UHGV virus genome: UHGV-0155918
Reading direction: 5' to 3' (one strand)
Length of the DNA: 58,557 nt
Origin: a virus
The notes under the pieces: generated by a model
Databases searched by the model: none
The model's input: the letters and a program-made list of their open reading frames with translations, nothing else
Told to the model about the DNA's origin: nothing
Translations under genes and position numbers: made by a program
Part shown: one piece after another, positions 47,817 through 58,540 of the stretch
Layout of the letters: every line of letters starts with the position of its first letter
Position numbering within the stretch: position 1 is the first letter of the stretch

Positions 47817-48554
47817 ATGCTTATGCGATGTTGCGGTTCATCATCGGCAGGCAACAGTTACGCTTTAATCAGCAGCAGTGGCGAGATTCTTGCAATCGAA
47901 GCAGGATGCAAATTTCTTGATTTTAAGAAAATGATTGATTGGAAAATAGCAAATATTTCCGGATGCATTGTAAGCCACGAACATGGAGACCATGCACGAT
48001 ACATAAAAGATTTTATGAAATCCGGCATTCCGGTTTATACGGCATTTGAAACACAGACCGCACTTGAAACCATTACAGGAGAGCGTACAATAGCCATTCC
48101 ACCGCGCAGACCAAGGCAAATCGGCAGTTTTACAGTAACACCCTTCAATGTACCGCATGATACAGAAATCGAGTGCTACGGTTATTTAATCGAGCATGAG
48201 GAAATGGGTAAACTGTTATTCTTGACCGACTTGGAATATTGCAAATATGACTTTTCCGGCATAAAGGTTGAGCATATCATGGTTGAAGCCAATTATAGCA
48301 TGGACTTGGTAGACCGGAATGAGCCAAATTATGAACACCGTTTACGAGGGCATATGAGCCTTGATACGGCACTTAAATTTATTCAGACGAACGACAACCC
48401 TGCTTTGCGAAATGTCGTTTTAATACACTTATCGGACACAAGCGGAAATCCCGCGTTATTCCTACAACGAACGAAAGAAACAATTAAATATGGAGCGAAT
48501 GTTTATGTTGCAGAAAAAGGGTTAGAGGTTGATATGAACATTTGTCCGTTCTGA
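47817..48554 (+). CDS. metallo-beta-lactamase-fold nuclease
   Basis: GSSSAGNSY, SHEHGDH, PHD, TD, EANY, HMS, LIHLS. Confidence 0.9.
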   Translation: MLMRCCGSSSAGNSYALISSSGEILAIEAGCKFLDFKKMIDWKIANISGCIVSHEHGDHARYIKDFMKSGIPVYTAFETQTALETITGERTIAIPPRRPRQIGSFTVTPFNVPHDTEIECYGYLIEHEEMGKLLFLTDLEYCKYDFSGIKVEHIMVEANYSMDLVDRNEPNYEHRLRGHMSLDTALKFIQTNDNPALRNVVLIHLSDTSGNPALFLQRTKETIKYGANVYVAEKGLEVDMNICPF

Positions 48555-48565
48555 AAGGAGAAAGC

Positions 48566-48880
48566 ATGAAATTATACATTTACAGATTTTGGGGCGATAA
48601 ATTTTCTTGTGGAGAAGTAGACGTAGAAGAAAAGCCAAAAACGTATATCATTACTGGAGAATACGAATTTGGATATAAAGGACAGAGAATCCGCAAGGAC
48701 GAAATTGGTGTGTTAAGCGGTTGCAGCCGGGATAGGGTCATTCTGACGGAGAAAAACAAGAAAAAAGCTGTTGAAATGCTTATTAGCAGGCAGGGCGCTA
48801 TTGTTGAGAGTTGCCGAGTACGTCTTGAATATGAAGAGAAAAAACTTGAGACCATCAAAGCGGAACTTGAAAAAGAATAA
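48566..48880 (+). CDS. hypothetical protein
   Basis: AAGGAG RBS. Confidence 0.7.
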   Translation: MKLYIYRFWGDKFSCGEVDVEEKPKTYIITGEYEFGYKGQRIRKDEIGVLSGCSRDRVILTEKNKKKAVEMLISRQGAIVESCRVRLEYEEKKLETIKAELEKE

Positions 48881-49014
48881 TTAGGTTGAAACACCTTGGC
48901 GAAAGCCTAAAAGAAACTATCTTGTTTGGCGAATAGTTATCACAAACCTTATTGAAAGCCATGTTTTGGCGGTGCGTTTACCGCACCGCCCTTACAAAAG
49001 ATTGGAGGTAAAAA

Positions 49015-49362
49015 TTGAAAATATGTGAATACTGTATGGCTGAATTTGAGCCGAAGCGACCAGATCAAAAATACTGCAGACCCAAATGTGCAAAAAGATA
49101 CGCACAGTTTAAGAATTTTAAAAAGGCTGGAAGAATTGTGTATACAAGAATATGCCCGAAATGCGGCAGGCTGTTTATGACGATAGATGAACGAAAAGTT
49201 GATTGCCAAGACTGCATCAGCATTGACTTTAAAGAACGCTTGAGAAAGCCAAAGAAAAAGGACGATGCAATCAAGGCTGTGAATCATATGGCACGCGCTT
49301 CCGGCATGAGTTACGGAAAGTTTGTGGCTCAAATGAGCATGGAGCCATTGGAGAGGAAGTGA
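49015..49362 (+). CDS. zinc-finger protein
   Basis: CEYC..QKYCRPKC, CPKCG, GMSYGKFVA. Confidence 0.75.
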   Translation: MKICEYCMAEFEPKRPDQKYCRPKCAKRYAQFKNFKKAGRIVYTRICPKCGRLFMTIDERKVDCQDCISIDFKERLRKPKKKDDAIKAVNHMARASGMSYGKFVAQMSMEPLERK

Positions 49363-49964
49363 TTGAGTTGGATTATAAGAAATTTAGACAGGCAAAAGCC
49401 ATCGAAGCTAAAAACAAGCAGAAATGGCTTGCATTGAATCCAAGGCTTGATGAATCAAGCGGAATATATATTCTGACAAGGCAGGACGAAAATGGGTTTA
49501 GATATGCATATGTGGGACAGGCTAAGCGTATTTTAACCAGACTGTCGCAGCATCTTTCTGGGTATCAGCACATAGACCTTAGCTTAAAGTCTCATGGGAT
49601 GTATTCAGAGGATAATCCGCATGGATGGAATGTAACATCAGTACACTGTCCGATAGATAAACTTGATGAGCGTGAGCAGTATTATATCAAATTTTGTGCA
49701 AATAATGGCTATCAGCTTCGCAATAAAACAAGTGGGTCACAGGGCGAGGGCAAAGCCAAGATTGATGATTACCGTCCGGCAAAAGGCTATTATGACGGCA
49801 TTAAGCAAGGCAAAAAGAGTCTTGCCAAGGAATTATCGCATATCGCTGAAAAGCACCTTGAAATCCGCTTGAAGCCAGAGAAACAGGGTAACAAAGTTTC
49901 TGAAAAACAGTATGAGAAGTTTATGGCTTTGATTTCTGAAAGTACATATGAGGAGAGTGATTAA
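49359..49964 (+). CDS. GIY-YIG nuclease
   Basis: SGIYILTR...AYVGQA...RLSQH...LDEREQYYI. Confidence 0.8.
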   Translation: MIELDYKKFRQAKAIEAKNKQKWLALNPRLDESSGIYILTRQDENGFRYAYVGQAKRILTRLSQHLSGYQHIDLSLKSHGMYSEDNPHGWNVTSVHCPIDKLDEREQYYIKFCANNGYQLRNKTSGSQGEGKAKIDDYRPAKGYYDGIKQGKKSLAKELSHIAEKHLEIRLKPEKQGNKVSEKQYEKFMALISESTYEESD

Positions 49965-50768
49965 ATGGCAGAAGTCAAGTGGATTAAGATCACAACAGAT
50001 GTCTTTGATGATGAAAAGATTCTGCTGATTGAGAGTATGCCGAGTGCGGATAGCATCATTACGATTTGGTTCAAACTTCTTATTCTTGCCGGAAAACAGA
50101 ATAACAACGGTGTGTTTATGATGAGCAATAAGTTGCCGTTCACGGATGAAATGCTTGCCACCATTTTTCGCAGAGATTTGAACACGGTAAGGCTTGCACT
50201 TAAGACCTTTGAAGAATTTGGAATGATTGAGGTCGTTGACAACGTGATAACGATTCCGAATTGGAATAAGCATCAAACGCTTGACGCTTATGAGAAGAAA
50301 AAGGAACGCGACAGGCTATACCAGCAGAATCGGAGAAAGAAGCAGAAAAACCTAATTGAACAAAAATCGCCCGATAAATCGTCTGACGTCGTTGTTTCAG
50401 ATAAAGAAGAAGAAAAAGAAGAAGATAAAGAGAAAGAAAATATAAAAGAAAATTCGCTGTCGACCGATTCAGGAGATTTGTTTGATTTTGACGATGCATG
50501 GAAAAAGACTTTTAGTATATACCCCAAGAAAACAGCGTACAGTACCTCTAAAACAGCTTGGATGGATAAAGTGCTAGAAGTTATCGAAGAGAACCAACCG
50601 GACATTGCACGGCTGTTATACAAAGCTACAGAAGCATATTTGAGTGACTATCAAGAAAAGAATCCGGACGATACGGATTTTCGGTACATCCCAAAATATG
50701 TTGATTGGCTGAAAAATGATTGCGACTATTGGTTGCAGATCGCAGAGAAACGAGGTGATTGCAGTTGA
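49965..50768 (+). CDS. replication initiator (replisome organiser N-terminal domain)
   Basis: KWIKITTDVFDDEKI, IWFKLLILAGK, IPNWNKHQ; internal iteron-like and purine tract. Confidence 0.9.
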   Translation: MAEVKWIKITTDVFDDEKILLIESMPSADSIITIWFKLLILAGKQNNNGVFMMSNKLPFTDEMLATIFRRDLNTVRLALKTFEEFGMIEVVDNVITIPNWNKHQTLDAYEKKKERDRLYQQNRRKKQKNLIEQKSPDKSSDVVVSDKEEEKEEDKEKENIKENSLSTDSGDLFDFDDAWKKTFSIYPKKTAYSTSKTAWMDKVLEVIEENQPDIARLLYKATEAYLSDYQEKNPDDTDFRYIPKYVDWLKNDCDYWLQIAEKRGDCS

Positions 50769-52081
50769 CAGAAGCAGAGTTTGGAGTGATCGGGTGCGTA
50801 TTGATTGATAATGATGTGCTAAATAGTATCTGGCGAACACTGAAACCGGAAATGTTTAGTTCGGATTTTGCGCAGGACACATACAAGGAAATGCTTGCCA
50901 TGTATGACCGAAATGAAAATATTGATCCCATGTCTTTATCAATGGCACTTGAAAATCACAAATACACACAGGAACAGATTAGCGAATTGATGAAATCATG
51001 TATTACCGGAACAATCACTTCAACTATGGTTAAAAGTTATGCCGATGCGGTTGCGAAAGAATACAAAGTAAGAACGGTTCGTGACATGTATCAGAAATCA
51101 AGTTTAAAGCCATGCGACATTGATGATACAATCAGTGATCTTCTTACAAGACTTGAACATTTGCAAGAGGGAAAGGAAGTAAAGCTAAAACCAATTAAGC
51201 AGATTTCAGTTGAGAATAAAGACAAATATTTCAACGAAAGTGTTGGAGAGGGTGGCATAAAAATCGGGTTATCGCAACTTGATGATGCGCTTGGCGATCT
51301 TGAACGCGGTGATGTAACAGTAATTGCCGCAAGACCGGCAGTCGGTAAATCCGCACTCACAACACAGATTATTGGCAATATGGCAAAAAAGGGACTTAAA
51401 GTTGCATATTTCAATTTGGAGATGATTGACAAACAGGTGTATGAGCGATTTATTTCAAGGCTTACGGGAATCGGCTTAACGAGAATCAGAAGGGCAAAAG
51501 CGTTTCTTGGTGATGAACAGGAAAAATTTAACCAAGCAAATGAAGAGATGAGCGATTATCAATTATGGATTGCATCCGGGACTGTATCCCCGAGAGAGAT
51601 AAAGTCAGAATGCAGACACCAAAACTTTGACGTTATCGTTGTTGACTATCTGCAATTGCTTATGCCGGATAACAGATATTCGGGAAGAAACGAAGAAGTA
51701 GCATCAATTTCAAGAGGTTTAAAATCTGTTGCAAGAGACTTAAATACACATGTAATAGCACTTTCGCAGATAACAAGAGCTTCCGAAAGCAGAGACACAA
51801 AAGAACCTACCATGGCAGAGTTGAGGGAATCCGGGGCAATCGAACAGGATGCGTCAAACATAATTATGCTGTGGAATCTGTCAGACAATGACAAGGGAGC
51901 CAAGGGTGTAAAAATCGAGAAGAACAGGCAGGGAATGACAATGCGTGAAGCAATGGAGTTTGATGGAGATCACATGAAGTTTGTTGAAATCGAAAAACCA
52001 CTTGATGATGTTATTGCGGAAATAAAAAAGAAAGAACGTGGGGACGGATTCAAGCCATACAATGGCGATTGTCCGTTTTAG
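50759..52081 (+). CDS. dnaB: replicative DNA helicase
   Basis: AARPAVGKS, FNLEM, VVDYLQL, ALSQITR, LRESGAIEQDA, KNRQG. Confidence 0.95.
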   Translation: MQLTEAEFGVIGCVLIDNDVLNSIWRTLKPEMFSSDFAQDTYKEMLAMYDRNENIDPMSLSMALENHKYTQEQISELMKSCITGTITSTMVKSYADAVAKEYKVRTVRDMYQKSSLKPCDIDDTISDLLTRLEHLQEGKEVKLKPIKQISVENKDKYFNESVGEGGIKIGLSQLDDALGDLERGDVTVIAARPAVGKSALTTQIIGNMAKKGLKVAYFNLEMIDKQVYERFISRLTGIGLTRIRRAKAFLGDEQEKFNQANEEMSDYQLWIASGTVSPREIKSECRHQNFDVIVVDYLQLLMPDNRYSGRNEEVASISRGLKSVARDLNTHVIALSQITRASESRDTKEPTMAELRESGAIEQDASNIIMLWNLSDNDKGAKGVKIEKNRQGMTMREAMEFDGDHMKFVEIEKPLDDVIAEIKKKERGDGFKPYNGDCPF

Positions 52082-52092
52082 AGGTAGCAGCT

Positions 52093-52338
52093 ATGGCAAG
52101 TGCAAAAATCGAAAAGGGTTCAGAAGAATGGCAAGTATTTATGGATTATTGGCAATTCATTCAGAAATACTATTCACCGGACAACGCTGATTCTTGGTGG
52201 GATGAAGTCGTAAAAGCCGGAGAATCATTGATAAACAAATACAAAGGCATGGAGATTGAAGAGCGTGCAAGACAGCTTGTATTGAGTCATTTTGCATGGT
52301 TGGAAATCACATACAGAAAGGAGAAATCAAAGAAATGA
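52093..52338 (+). CDS. hypothetical protein
   Basis: GAGG RBS. Confidence 0.7.
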   Translation: MASAKIEKGSEEWQVFMDYWQFIQKYYSPDNADSWWDEVVKAGESLINKYKGMEIEERARQLVLSHFAWLEITYRKEKSKK

Positions 52339-52931
52339 GCAATGCGTTGAGACGGAAGAAAAAGCCGACATTTTACACAAAACAGGAAATGCGGATTATC
52401 GGGCGAAATGATTTTGAAAAGAGAAATGCTGATAAGGTTATATCAAAATCGTACAAAGATTTTGTCGTGATTGGGTACATAATTCTGCATGACAAATTCG
52501 GATTCGGACAGACAAGAATCATCCGGTTACAGGATTTTTTGAAATCTTACTTGGATGAAGCATCATGCGGCGGGAAGAACGGAAAGGACTTGGCTGTTTA
52601 CCTGAAAGACAAATACGACATTGACACCAAGGCAGAAGTTGAACAGATTCCGCAGCGGCAGTTAATGGTCTTATATGCCAAGAAAGGATTTTGTATCGAG
52701 CGTGAAGCCTACAGACTTTCCAGCGCGTCATTGTTTAACTATTTCGCGCTCACGCTTACGATTCTGAAAAAGGAATTTAAGCTGTCTGTGAAGCAGTTAC
52801 AGCAGTTCACGGACAAGTTTATTGACTACATCGACACATTGGCTAATTACAAGCAGTTTCAGTTGACTGTACCGATGATAGCGCAGAGTTTGGCGGATGA
52901 GATTAAGTTTGTGTGTGATTTGGAGGTTTAA
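52335..52931 (+). CDS. hypothetical protein with duplicated LHDKFGFG-type domain
   Basis: ILHDKFGFGQTRI / ILKKEFKLSVKQL. Confidence 0.75.
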   Translation: MSNALRRKKKPTFYTKQEMRIIGRNDFEKRNADKVISKSYKDFVVIGYIILHDKFGFGQTRIIRLQDFLKSYLDEASCGGKNGKDLAVYLKDKYDIDTKAEVEQIPQRQLMVLYAKKGFCIEREAYRLSSASLFNYFALTLTILKKEFKLSVKQLQQFTDKFIDYIDTLANYKQFQLTVPMIAQSLADEIKFVCDLEV

Positions 52932-52932
52932 T

Positions 52933-53322
52933 ATGACGAATAAAGAAAAATATGCGGATAAAATCATTGATATTACAGTAAGTAAACTTGCACTCAAAGA
53001 TGGCGAGCCTGTTCCATGCGCAGAGATGAGATGTTCAGAGTGCGGATTCTATATTTCTAATTATTCATGTAAACATAAAATGCTGGAATGGTTAGATTCA
53101 GAATATGTTGAGCCGCCTGTTGATTGGAGTAAGGTTGCAGTCGATACGCCGATTTTGGTAAGAGATAGCGAAGAAGAAGCGTGGAGAAAAAGACATTTTG
53201 CAAAATACGAGAACGGAATAGTGTACGCATGGGGATACGGAGCAGCATCTTGGAGTGCATACGGGAGTGACAATATAATCGATTGGGAAATGGCAAAGCT
53301 AGCAGAAAGAGAGGATGTGTAG
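52933..53322 (+). CDS. hypothetical protein
   Basis: GGAGG RBS; VDWSKVAVDTPILV. Confidence 0.75.
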   Translation: MTNKEKYADKIIDITVSKLALKDGEPVPCAEMRCSECGFYISNYSCKHKMLEWLDSEYVEPPVDWSKVAVDTPILVRDSEEEAWRKRHFAKYENGIVYAWGYGAASWSAYGSDNIIDWEMAKLAEREDV

Positions 53323-53436
53323 AAATGGGAGTTTTGCTTGCGTTATCAACCATATTTATATGGGGTCGGCTGGTTAATATTGATGACGACCTAAAAGATA
53401 TCAGCCGAGAACTGAAAAAGATGAACGAAAGAAAAA

Positions 53437-53835
53437 ATGATGGAAGATAGATATTTATTCCGCGGAAAGCGGATTGATAATGGCGAATGGGTGGAAGGAT
53501 ATCTGTCATACCCATTTTGCACGAAAAAAGGCAACGAAAGTTATTATTTCTACGCAAAGGATAGTTTGGGTTTCTTCTGTCGTTGTGTTGTAGATGCATC
53601 TACTATCTGCCAATGTACCGGCTTAAAAGACAAGAACGGCAAGCTGATTTGGGAGAATGATATTGTAAAAATAAATAATAGCAAGGTGAATACGGTTATA
53701 ACATTTAGAGATTTTGAAATTATATGTACAATTCCTAACGAAAAATATTATAAGCATAGGCTTGAATATGATACCGAATATGAAGTTATCGGCAACAAAT
53801 TCGACAACCCGGAATTGTTGGAAAGTGAGGAATAA
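53437..53835 (+). CDS. YopX family protein
   Basis: LFRGKRIDNGEWVEG, CQCTGLKDKNGKLIWENDIV, EVIGNKFDNPELL. Confidence 0.9.
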   Translation: MMEDRYLFRGKRIDNGEWVEGYLSYPFCTKKGNESYYFYAKDSLGFFCRCVVDASTICQCTGLKDKNGKLIWENDIVKINNSKVNTVITFRDFEIICTIPNEKYYKHRLEYDTEYEVIGNKFDNPELLESEE

Positions 53836-53836
53836 T

Positions 53837-54109
53837 ATGAAGGAGAGTGAAGCAATTAAAGAATTTCAGCAGAATATTGATATGCCATTTGGAAGTAACA
53901 TATCAAGAGAAGCGTCTAAACTTGCAATACAGGCACTTGAAAAACAAATTCCGAAGAATCCTTATCACATATCACAAGTAGACGATAATGATAATGCAAA
54001 TGTGGAGTGTCCAGCGTGTCATGCCACAACAGATTATGCAGTCAATGCAATTAAAAGAGGGCATTGTTGGAAGTGTGGGCAGTTATTAGATTGGAGTGAT
54101 GAAGAATGA
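53837..54109 (+). CDS. zinc-ribbon hypothetical protein
   Basis: ALEKQIPK, CPAC, CWKCGQLLDW. Confidence 0.75.
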   Translation: MKESEAIKEFQQNIDMPFGSNISREASKLAIQALEKQIPKNPYHISQVDDNDNANVECPACHATTDYAVNAIKRGHCWKCGQLLDWSDEE

Positions 54110-54266
54110 TGTTTCAATCGTACATAAATTTCTTTCTACTAATACTTATAGCCGTTAGGTTAGATATTCTAACAAAATTTGGAGTTAATCTTTTTTGCGT
54201 TCTGTCAGTTGTAGCGATGATTGGACATGAGATTTTTGATTATTTGAAAAAAGGAGATGGAAAGCG

Positions 54267-54518
54267 ATGGGACTGATTGATGCAGATACACTAAAAGAAT
54301 ATTGCATGCGTGCGAGTAAATCTGATGATGATTTTAGGAGAGTAAGTTTGGCAACATTGGCGAGCGTGATAGATGTACAGCCGACCGCCTACGACCCGGA
54401 CAAGGTTGTGGAACAGTTAAACGACAATTTCAGAGTCGTACGAACTGATGAAGATTTGGAATGGAACAGAGCAATGGACGAAGCAATTACAATCGTGAAA
54501 GGTGGCGGTGTAGAGTGA
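54267..54518 (+). CDS. hypothetical protein
   Basis: LIDAD...QPTAYDPDKVVEQL. Confidence 0.75.
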   Translation: MGLIDADTLKEYCMRASKSDDDFRRVSLATLASVIDVQPTAYDPDKVVEQLNDNFRVVRTDEDLEWNRAMDEAITIVKGGGVE

Positions 54519-54713
54519 CAAGCATAGAATTATGTAGAATGTGTACCGAGTATTCTGCGGACACAAGATGTGAGCATAAAAAGGATTGCAAATTGCAGAA
54601 GATTTTGACAGAAAATAAAGCGTTAAGGGCAGAAAATAAAGAACTTCGAACAAAAGCGTTTAGAAATTCATGGGAGAAATCCCCTGACATGATGGGAAGA
54701 TGAGGTGGTGTAG

Positions 54714-55388
54714 ATGCCAATTAAACCGATTTTATTCAACAAACAAATTAGTACCGAAATGGTGAGGGCGATTCTGGACGGGAGAAAGAGTTGTACTCGG
54801 CGTATATGCAAAGATGCAAATGAGTATACCGTGCCGGATATGGAATTTTACAATGCTGACAGGCGGACTTATGCAGTACATAACTTTGCTGATAAGGAGC
54901 ATACGGAGCAGTTAAGCATAGCAGAAAGAACTTGTCCTATTTGTCCGGGCGATATCCTGTATGTCCGAGAAACGTGGAAAAGAGCACTGAATGGTTACTA
55001 TTATTATGAAGATTGGCAAAGAGATGATATTGCAGATCTTACGAAGTGGAAACCATCCATCCATATGCCGAAAGAAGCAGCGCGTATCTGGATTAAGATT
55101 ATGAATGTGAGAGTAGAACGGCTGCAGGAGATGAAGCCGGTTGATGTGATAAAAGAGGGAGCTTATTCTGATTGTTGGGATTGTCTTAATACATACGGAG
55201 AAAGCGGTTCGCAGTGCTGTTATGGGACAGAAGAACAGTGCAGTCAATGTGATGAAGTGATGATGGAATGGGAAAAACTTTGGACCTCCACCATTAAGAA
55301 ATCAAACCTCAATCGCTACGGTTGGGATGCAAATCCTTGGGTATGGGTGATTGAATTTGAGATGTGCGAGAAACCGGAAGGAGTGTGA
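54714..55388 (+). CDS. ASCH/PUA-like hypothetical protein
   Basis: MVRAILDGRKSCTRR, GDILYVRETW, WKPSIHMPK, WDANPWVWVIEF. Confidence 0.75.
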   Translation: MPIKPILFNKQISTEMVRAILDGRKSCTRRICKDANEYTVPDMEFYNADRRTYAVHNFADKEHTEQLSIAERTCPICPGDILYVRETWKRALNGYYYYEDWQRDDIADLTKWKPSIHMPKEAARIWIKIMNVRVERLQEMKPVDVIKEGAYSDCWDCLNTYGESGSQCCYGTEEQCSQCDEVMMEWEKLWTSTIKKSNLNRYGWDANPWVWVIEFEMCEKPEGV

Positions 55389-55502
55389 GGTATGAGTAAG
55401 AGCAGAGCTGGTAAAATGAACGGCTATCGTAGCATGGTAAGCCGTCAGAAAAATGATGTTTTTAAGTTTAAGCCTAAGAAGAAAAAGAAAGGGTGATTCA
55501 GA

Positions 55503-55688
55503 ATGAATTTGCTTGAACACTATGTAACAAACATAACTCACGAAGAACCAATCGAAAAGAACGGAATGTTATTTTTCAAGGTTGTATGTGATGTTGATTG
55601 CTATGGTAACAAAGAGATTCAGAAAGAAGTTTTGCTTTCAGAAGATGATTATGCAGAAGCTAAAAGTAAGGGCTATTATTTAGCCTAA
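55503..55688 (+). CDS. hypothetical protein
   Basis: AAGGGTG RBS. Confidence 0.65.
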   Translation: MNLLEHYVTNITHEEPIEKNGMLFFKVVCDVDCYGNKEIQKEVLLSEDDYAEAKSKGYYLA

Positions 55689-55707
55689 AAAGAAAGGGTG
55701 ATGTAGA

Positions 55708-55983
55708 ATGAAGATTTTAAGTAAGAAAAAATATAATCAGTTACTTCAAGAAGTATCTAACAAAGACAATAAAATTTCTGAACTTACTGTAGAAAATGCA
55801 ATGCTAAAAGAAGAGCTTGAAGATAAAAAGACAAGTTACAAGGCAAATGTTGGCAAAGAATTTTGTAATGTTTGCAAAAATTCTTACAGTTATAGGAAAA
55901 ATAGTGGGCTTGTTGCCATTAACTATGTAGGTTGCTTGCTTGATGTACCTTGTGAGGATTTTAAGAAAAAAGAAGATAACTAA
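55708..55983 (+). CDS. hypothetical protein
   Basis: AAGGGTG RBS; coiled coil plus Cys. Confidence 0.65.
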   Translation: MKILSKKKYNQLLQEVSNKDNKISELTVENAMLKEELEDKKTSYKANVGKEFCNVCKNSYSYRKNSGLVAINYVGCLLDVPCEDFKKKEDN

Positions 55984-56048
55984 CTAAAAATCAAAGAAAG
56001 GAATAGGTTGTGCGCACATAAAACCGAGGTTTCCTTTTGGTAGATTTT

Positions 56049-57092
56049 ATGAATTTTGAAAATTATTCTTGTGATAATCAAATGAGCATATTTGACTTCA
56101 CAAGAGAACCAATTAGCATAACAAAGCCTATTCGTTTAATAGAACTTTTCGCCGGCTACGGAAGTCAGGCAATGGCACTAAAGAGAATAGGTGCTAAGTT
56201 TGAACATTACAGAGTTGTTGAGTTTGATAAGTATGCCATAGCAAGCTATAACGCAGTACATGGTACGGATTTCCCCACAATGGACATAACAAAGGTTCAT
56301 GCAGAAGATTTGAATATTTGCGGCACAGAAACCTTTACTTACCTACTTACTTACTCGTTTCCTTGCACAGATTTATCAGTTGCCGGGAAACAAGCTGGAA
56401 TGTCTAAGGGAAGCGGTACGAGAAGCGGTCTGTTGTGGGAAGTTGAGAGAATACTAACAGAAATTAGAGATAGTAACGGAGAATTACCACAGATTTTGTT
56501 CATGGAGAACGTTCCACAAGTACATAGCCAGGATAATATGCCCGATTTTATAAAGTGGCTAGACTTTCTCGAAAGTCTGGGTTACACAAATTACTATCAA
56601 GATTTAAACGCTAAAAATTATGGTGTAGCACAAAAGCGTGAAAGATGTTTTATGTTTTCGTTCCTGGATGAATGCAATTATAATTTTCCACAGCCTATAC
56701 AACTTACAAAAAGAATACGTGATTATCAAGAAAAGGTAGTTGATAACAAATTCTATGCAAGTGATAATGCATTGAAAGGATTTGCGGAACACGCAAAAAA
56801 GCAGAAAGAGAAAGGAAATTGTTTTCATGCAGTTATTAAAGATGTTGATGACATATCACCTACAATAACAGCCAGATATTGCAAAGATGGTTCTGATTGT
56901 CTTATAAAAGTTGCCGGAAGAATACGAAAGCTAACACCGAGAGAGTGTGGACGGCTGATGGGTGTATATGATGAAGATATTGACAAAATGGCGGCAGTCA
57001 ACAGTAATACGCAGTTGTATAAGCAATTTGGAAACAGTATTGTTGTAGATGTTATGTGCGCTATGTTTAAAAACTTAAATATCAACCAATAA
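56049..57092 (+). CDS. DNA (cytosine-5) methyltransferase
   Basis: ELFAGYG, FPCTDLS, ENV, QKRER, RKLTPRE, QFGNS. Confidence 0.95.
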   Translation: MNFENYSCDNQMSIFDFTREPISITKPIRLIELFAGYGSQAMALKRIGAKFEHYRVVEFDKYAIASYNAVHGTDFPTMDITKVHAEDLNICGTETFTYLLTYSFPCTDLSVAGKQAGMSKGSGTRSGLLWEVERILTEIRDSNGELPQILFMENVPQVHSQDNMPDFIKWLDFLESLGYTNYYQDLNAKNYGVAQKRERCFMFSFLDECNYNFPQPIQLTKRIRDYQEKVVDNKFYASDNALKGFAEHAKKQKEKGNCFHAVIKDVDDISPTITARYCKDGSDCLIKVAGRIRKLTPRECGRLMGVYDEDIDKMAAVNSNTQLYKQFGNSIVVDVMCAMFKNLNINQ

Positions 57093-57110
57093 AATAAGGA
57101 GAAGTGGCTT

Positions 57111-57338
57111 ATGAAATTTACAAAATTCATTAAGCCAGAGCTTGAACAGATCAAAGAAAATGCCAATTTCACGGAAGAAGAGGAGAGGATTTTCTCTCTT
57201 CTCTGCCGTGGTTTTTCACAAAAGCAAATATCCACAAAAGAAAATCTATCACTAAGAACGATAGAGTACAGAGTGAGAGATATAAAAGATAAAATAGAAA
57301 GAACGGGGGTATTTGATTGGATGAAAAAGAACTGTTGA
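57111..57338 (+). CDS. stand-alone LuxR/GerE-type HTH protein
   Basis: FTEEEERIFSLLCRGFSQKQIS..NLSLRTIEYRVRDIKDKI. Confidence 0.8.
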   Translation: MKFTKFIKPELEQIKENANFTEEEERIFSLLCRGFSQKQISTKENLSLRTIEYRVRDIKDKIERTGVFDWMKKNC

Positions 57339-58513
57339 AATATGCCGTTGATAGTGGTATTCTCGACATAGCACTTGTGCAGAAACAAGTCACTATGCAA
57401 AAGAGAGAAAAATTACTCAACAAAAACCCTTATAAAATCTATCAAGGAAAGGATGAGAACTGGTACTCATATCTGCCGGACGAAGTTAAAGGCAGACGTA
57501 AAATTAAGGCAAAGCGCAGAGAAGCAGTCGAGCAGAAAATCATTGATTATTGGAAAGAGAGAGAGGATGACCCTACGATAGAGGAAATCTTCAACCGTTG
57601 GATTTCACAAAAGCTGGAACTTGAAGAAATCAGCAGGGCAACCTACGACAGATACTTAATGGATTTTCAAAGATACTTTGACGGTATCAAGGATAAGAGA
57701 ATCAAAAGTGTAGACGAATGTGATCTTGAAACGTTCATACGAAACAGCATCCATGACTTCAACATGACTTCCAAGGCATTCTCAAACTTCCGGACGCTGA
57801 TTTATGGAATCTTTAAATATGCCAAGCGGAAGAAGTATGTCAAGTTTTCCATTACATACACGCTGAAAGACATGGATATATCGCCAAAAGCGTTTAAGCA
57901 CGTAGTCCGAAAGGCAAAAGACCAAGTATATATGCCGGATGAAAAGGAACGCATGGAGATGTACCTTAGAAATCACTTAGATATCGTAAACCTTGGATTG
58001 CTATTTATGTTTAAGACAGGAGTCCGTGTCGGGGAATTGTCGGCATTAAAGCGGAAAGATGTTGAAAACTACACGGTTGCAATCAATTCTACAGAAACAC
58101 GTTACCGTGATGATGATGGTTTCCATTATGAGGTCAAAGATTTTCCGAAATCAGAAGCCGGATTGCGATTTGCTATCTTGCCGGATAAGTACAAATGGAT
58201 TCTTGATGAAGTACGAAAGAGAAATCCCTTCGGGGAATATCTATTTGAGAGAGATGGAGAACGGTTGAAATCCTACAACTTTCGTGAACGTTTGCGGTAT
58301 ATCTGCGAACACGAACTGCGAATGAAAGTGAAATCTCCGCACAAAATCCGAAAGACATACGGCAGTATTCTTCTTGACGGAAAAGTGAAAGAGTCCACAA
58401 TTCTTGATACTATGGGGCATACAGACATTAGTTGCACAAAAGATCATTATTATTTTGATCGTACCGGAATTGAGGAAAAGAGACAGGAACTTGACTTAAT
58501 CGAAGCATTATGA
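57317..58513 (+). CDS. int: tyrosine integrase
   Basis: TGVRVGELSAL, PKS, HKIRKTY, MGH...HY catalytic residues. Confidence 0.95.
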   Translation: MDEKELLKYAVDSGILDIALVQKQVTMQKREKLLNKNPYKIYQGKDENWYSYLPDEVKGRRKIKAKRREAVEQKIIDYWKEREDDPTIEEIFNRWISQKLELEEISRATYDRYLMDFQRYFDGIKDKRIKSVDECDLETFIRNSIHDFNMTSKAFSNFRTLIYGIFKYAKRKKYVKFSITYTLKDMDISPKAFKHVVRKAKDQVYMPDEKERMEMYLRNHLDIVNLGLLFMFKTGVRVGELSALKRKDVENYTVAINSTETRYRDDDGFHYEVKDFPKSEAGLRFAILPDKYKWILDEVRKRNPFGEYLFERDGERLKSYNFRERLRYICEHELRMKVKSPHKIRKTYGSILLDGKVKESTILDTMGHTDISCTKDHYYFDRTGIEEKRQELDLIEAL

Positions 58514-58520
58514 GTCCCTA

Positions 58521-58540
58521 GTACTCAAAGGTACTCAAAG
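58521..58540 (+). repeat. integrase arm-type sites (GTACTCAAAG x2)
   Basis: Tandem repeat matching 102-125. Confidence 0.75.
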
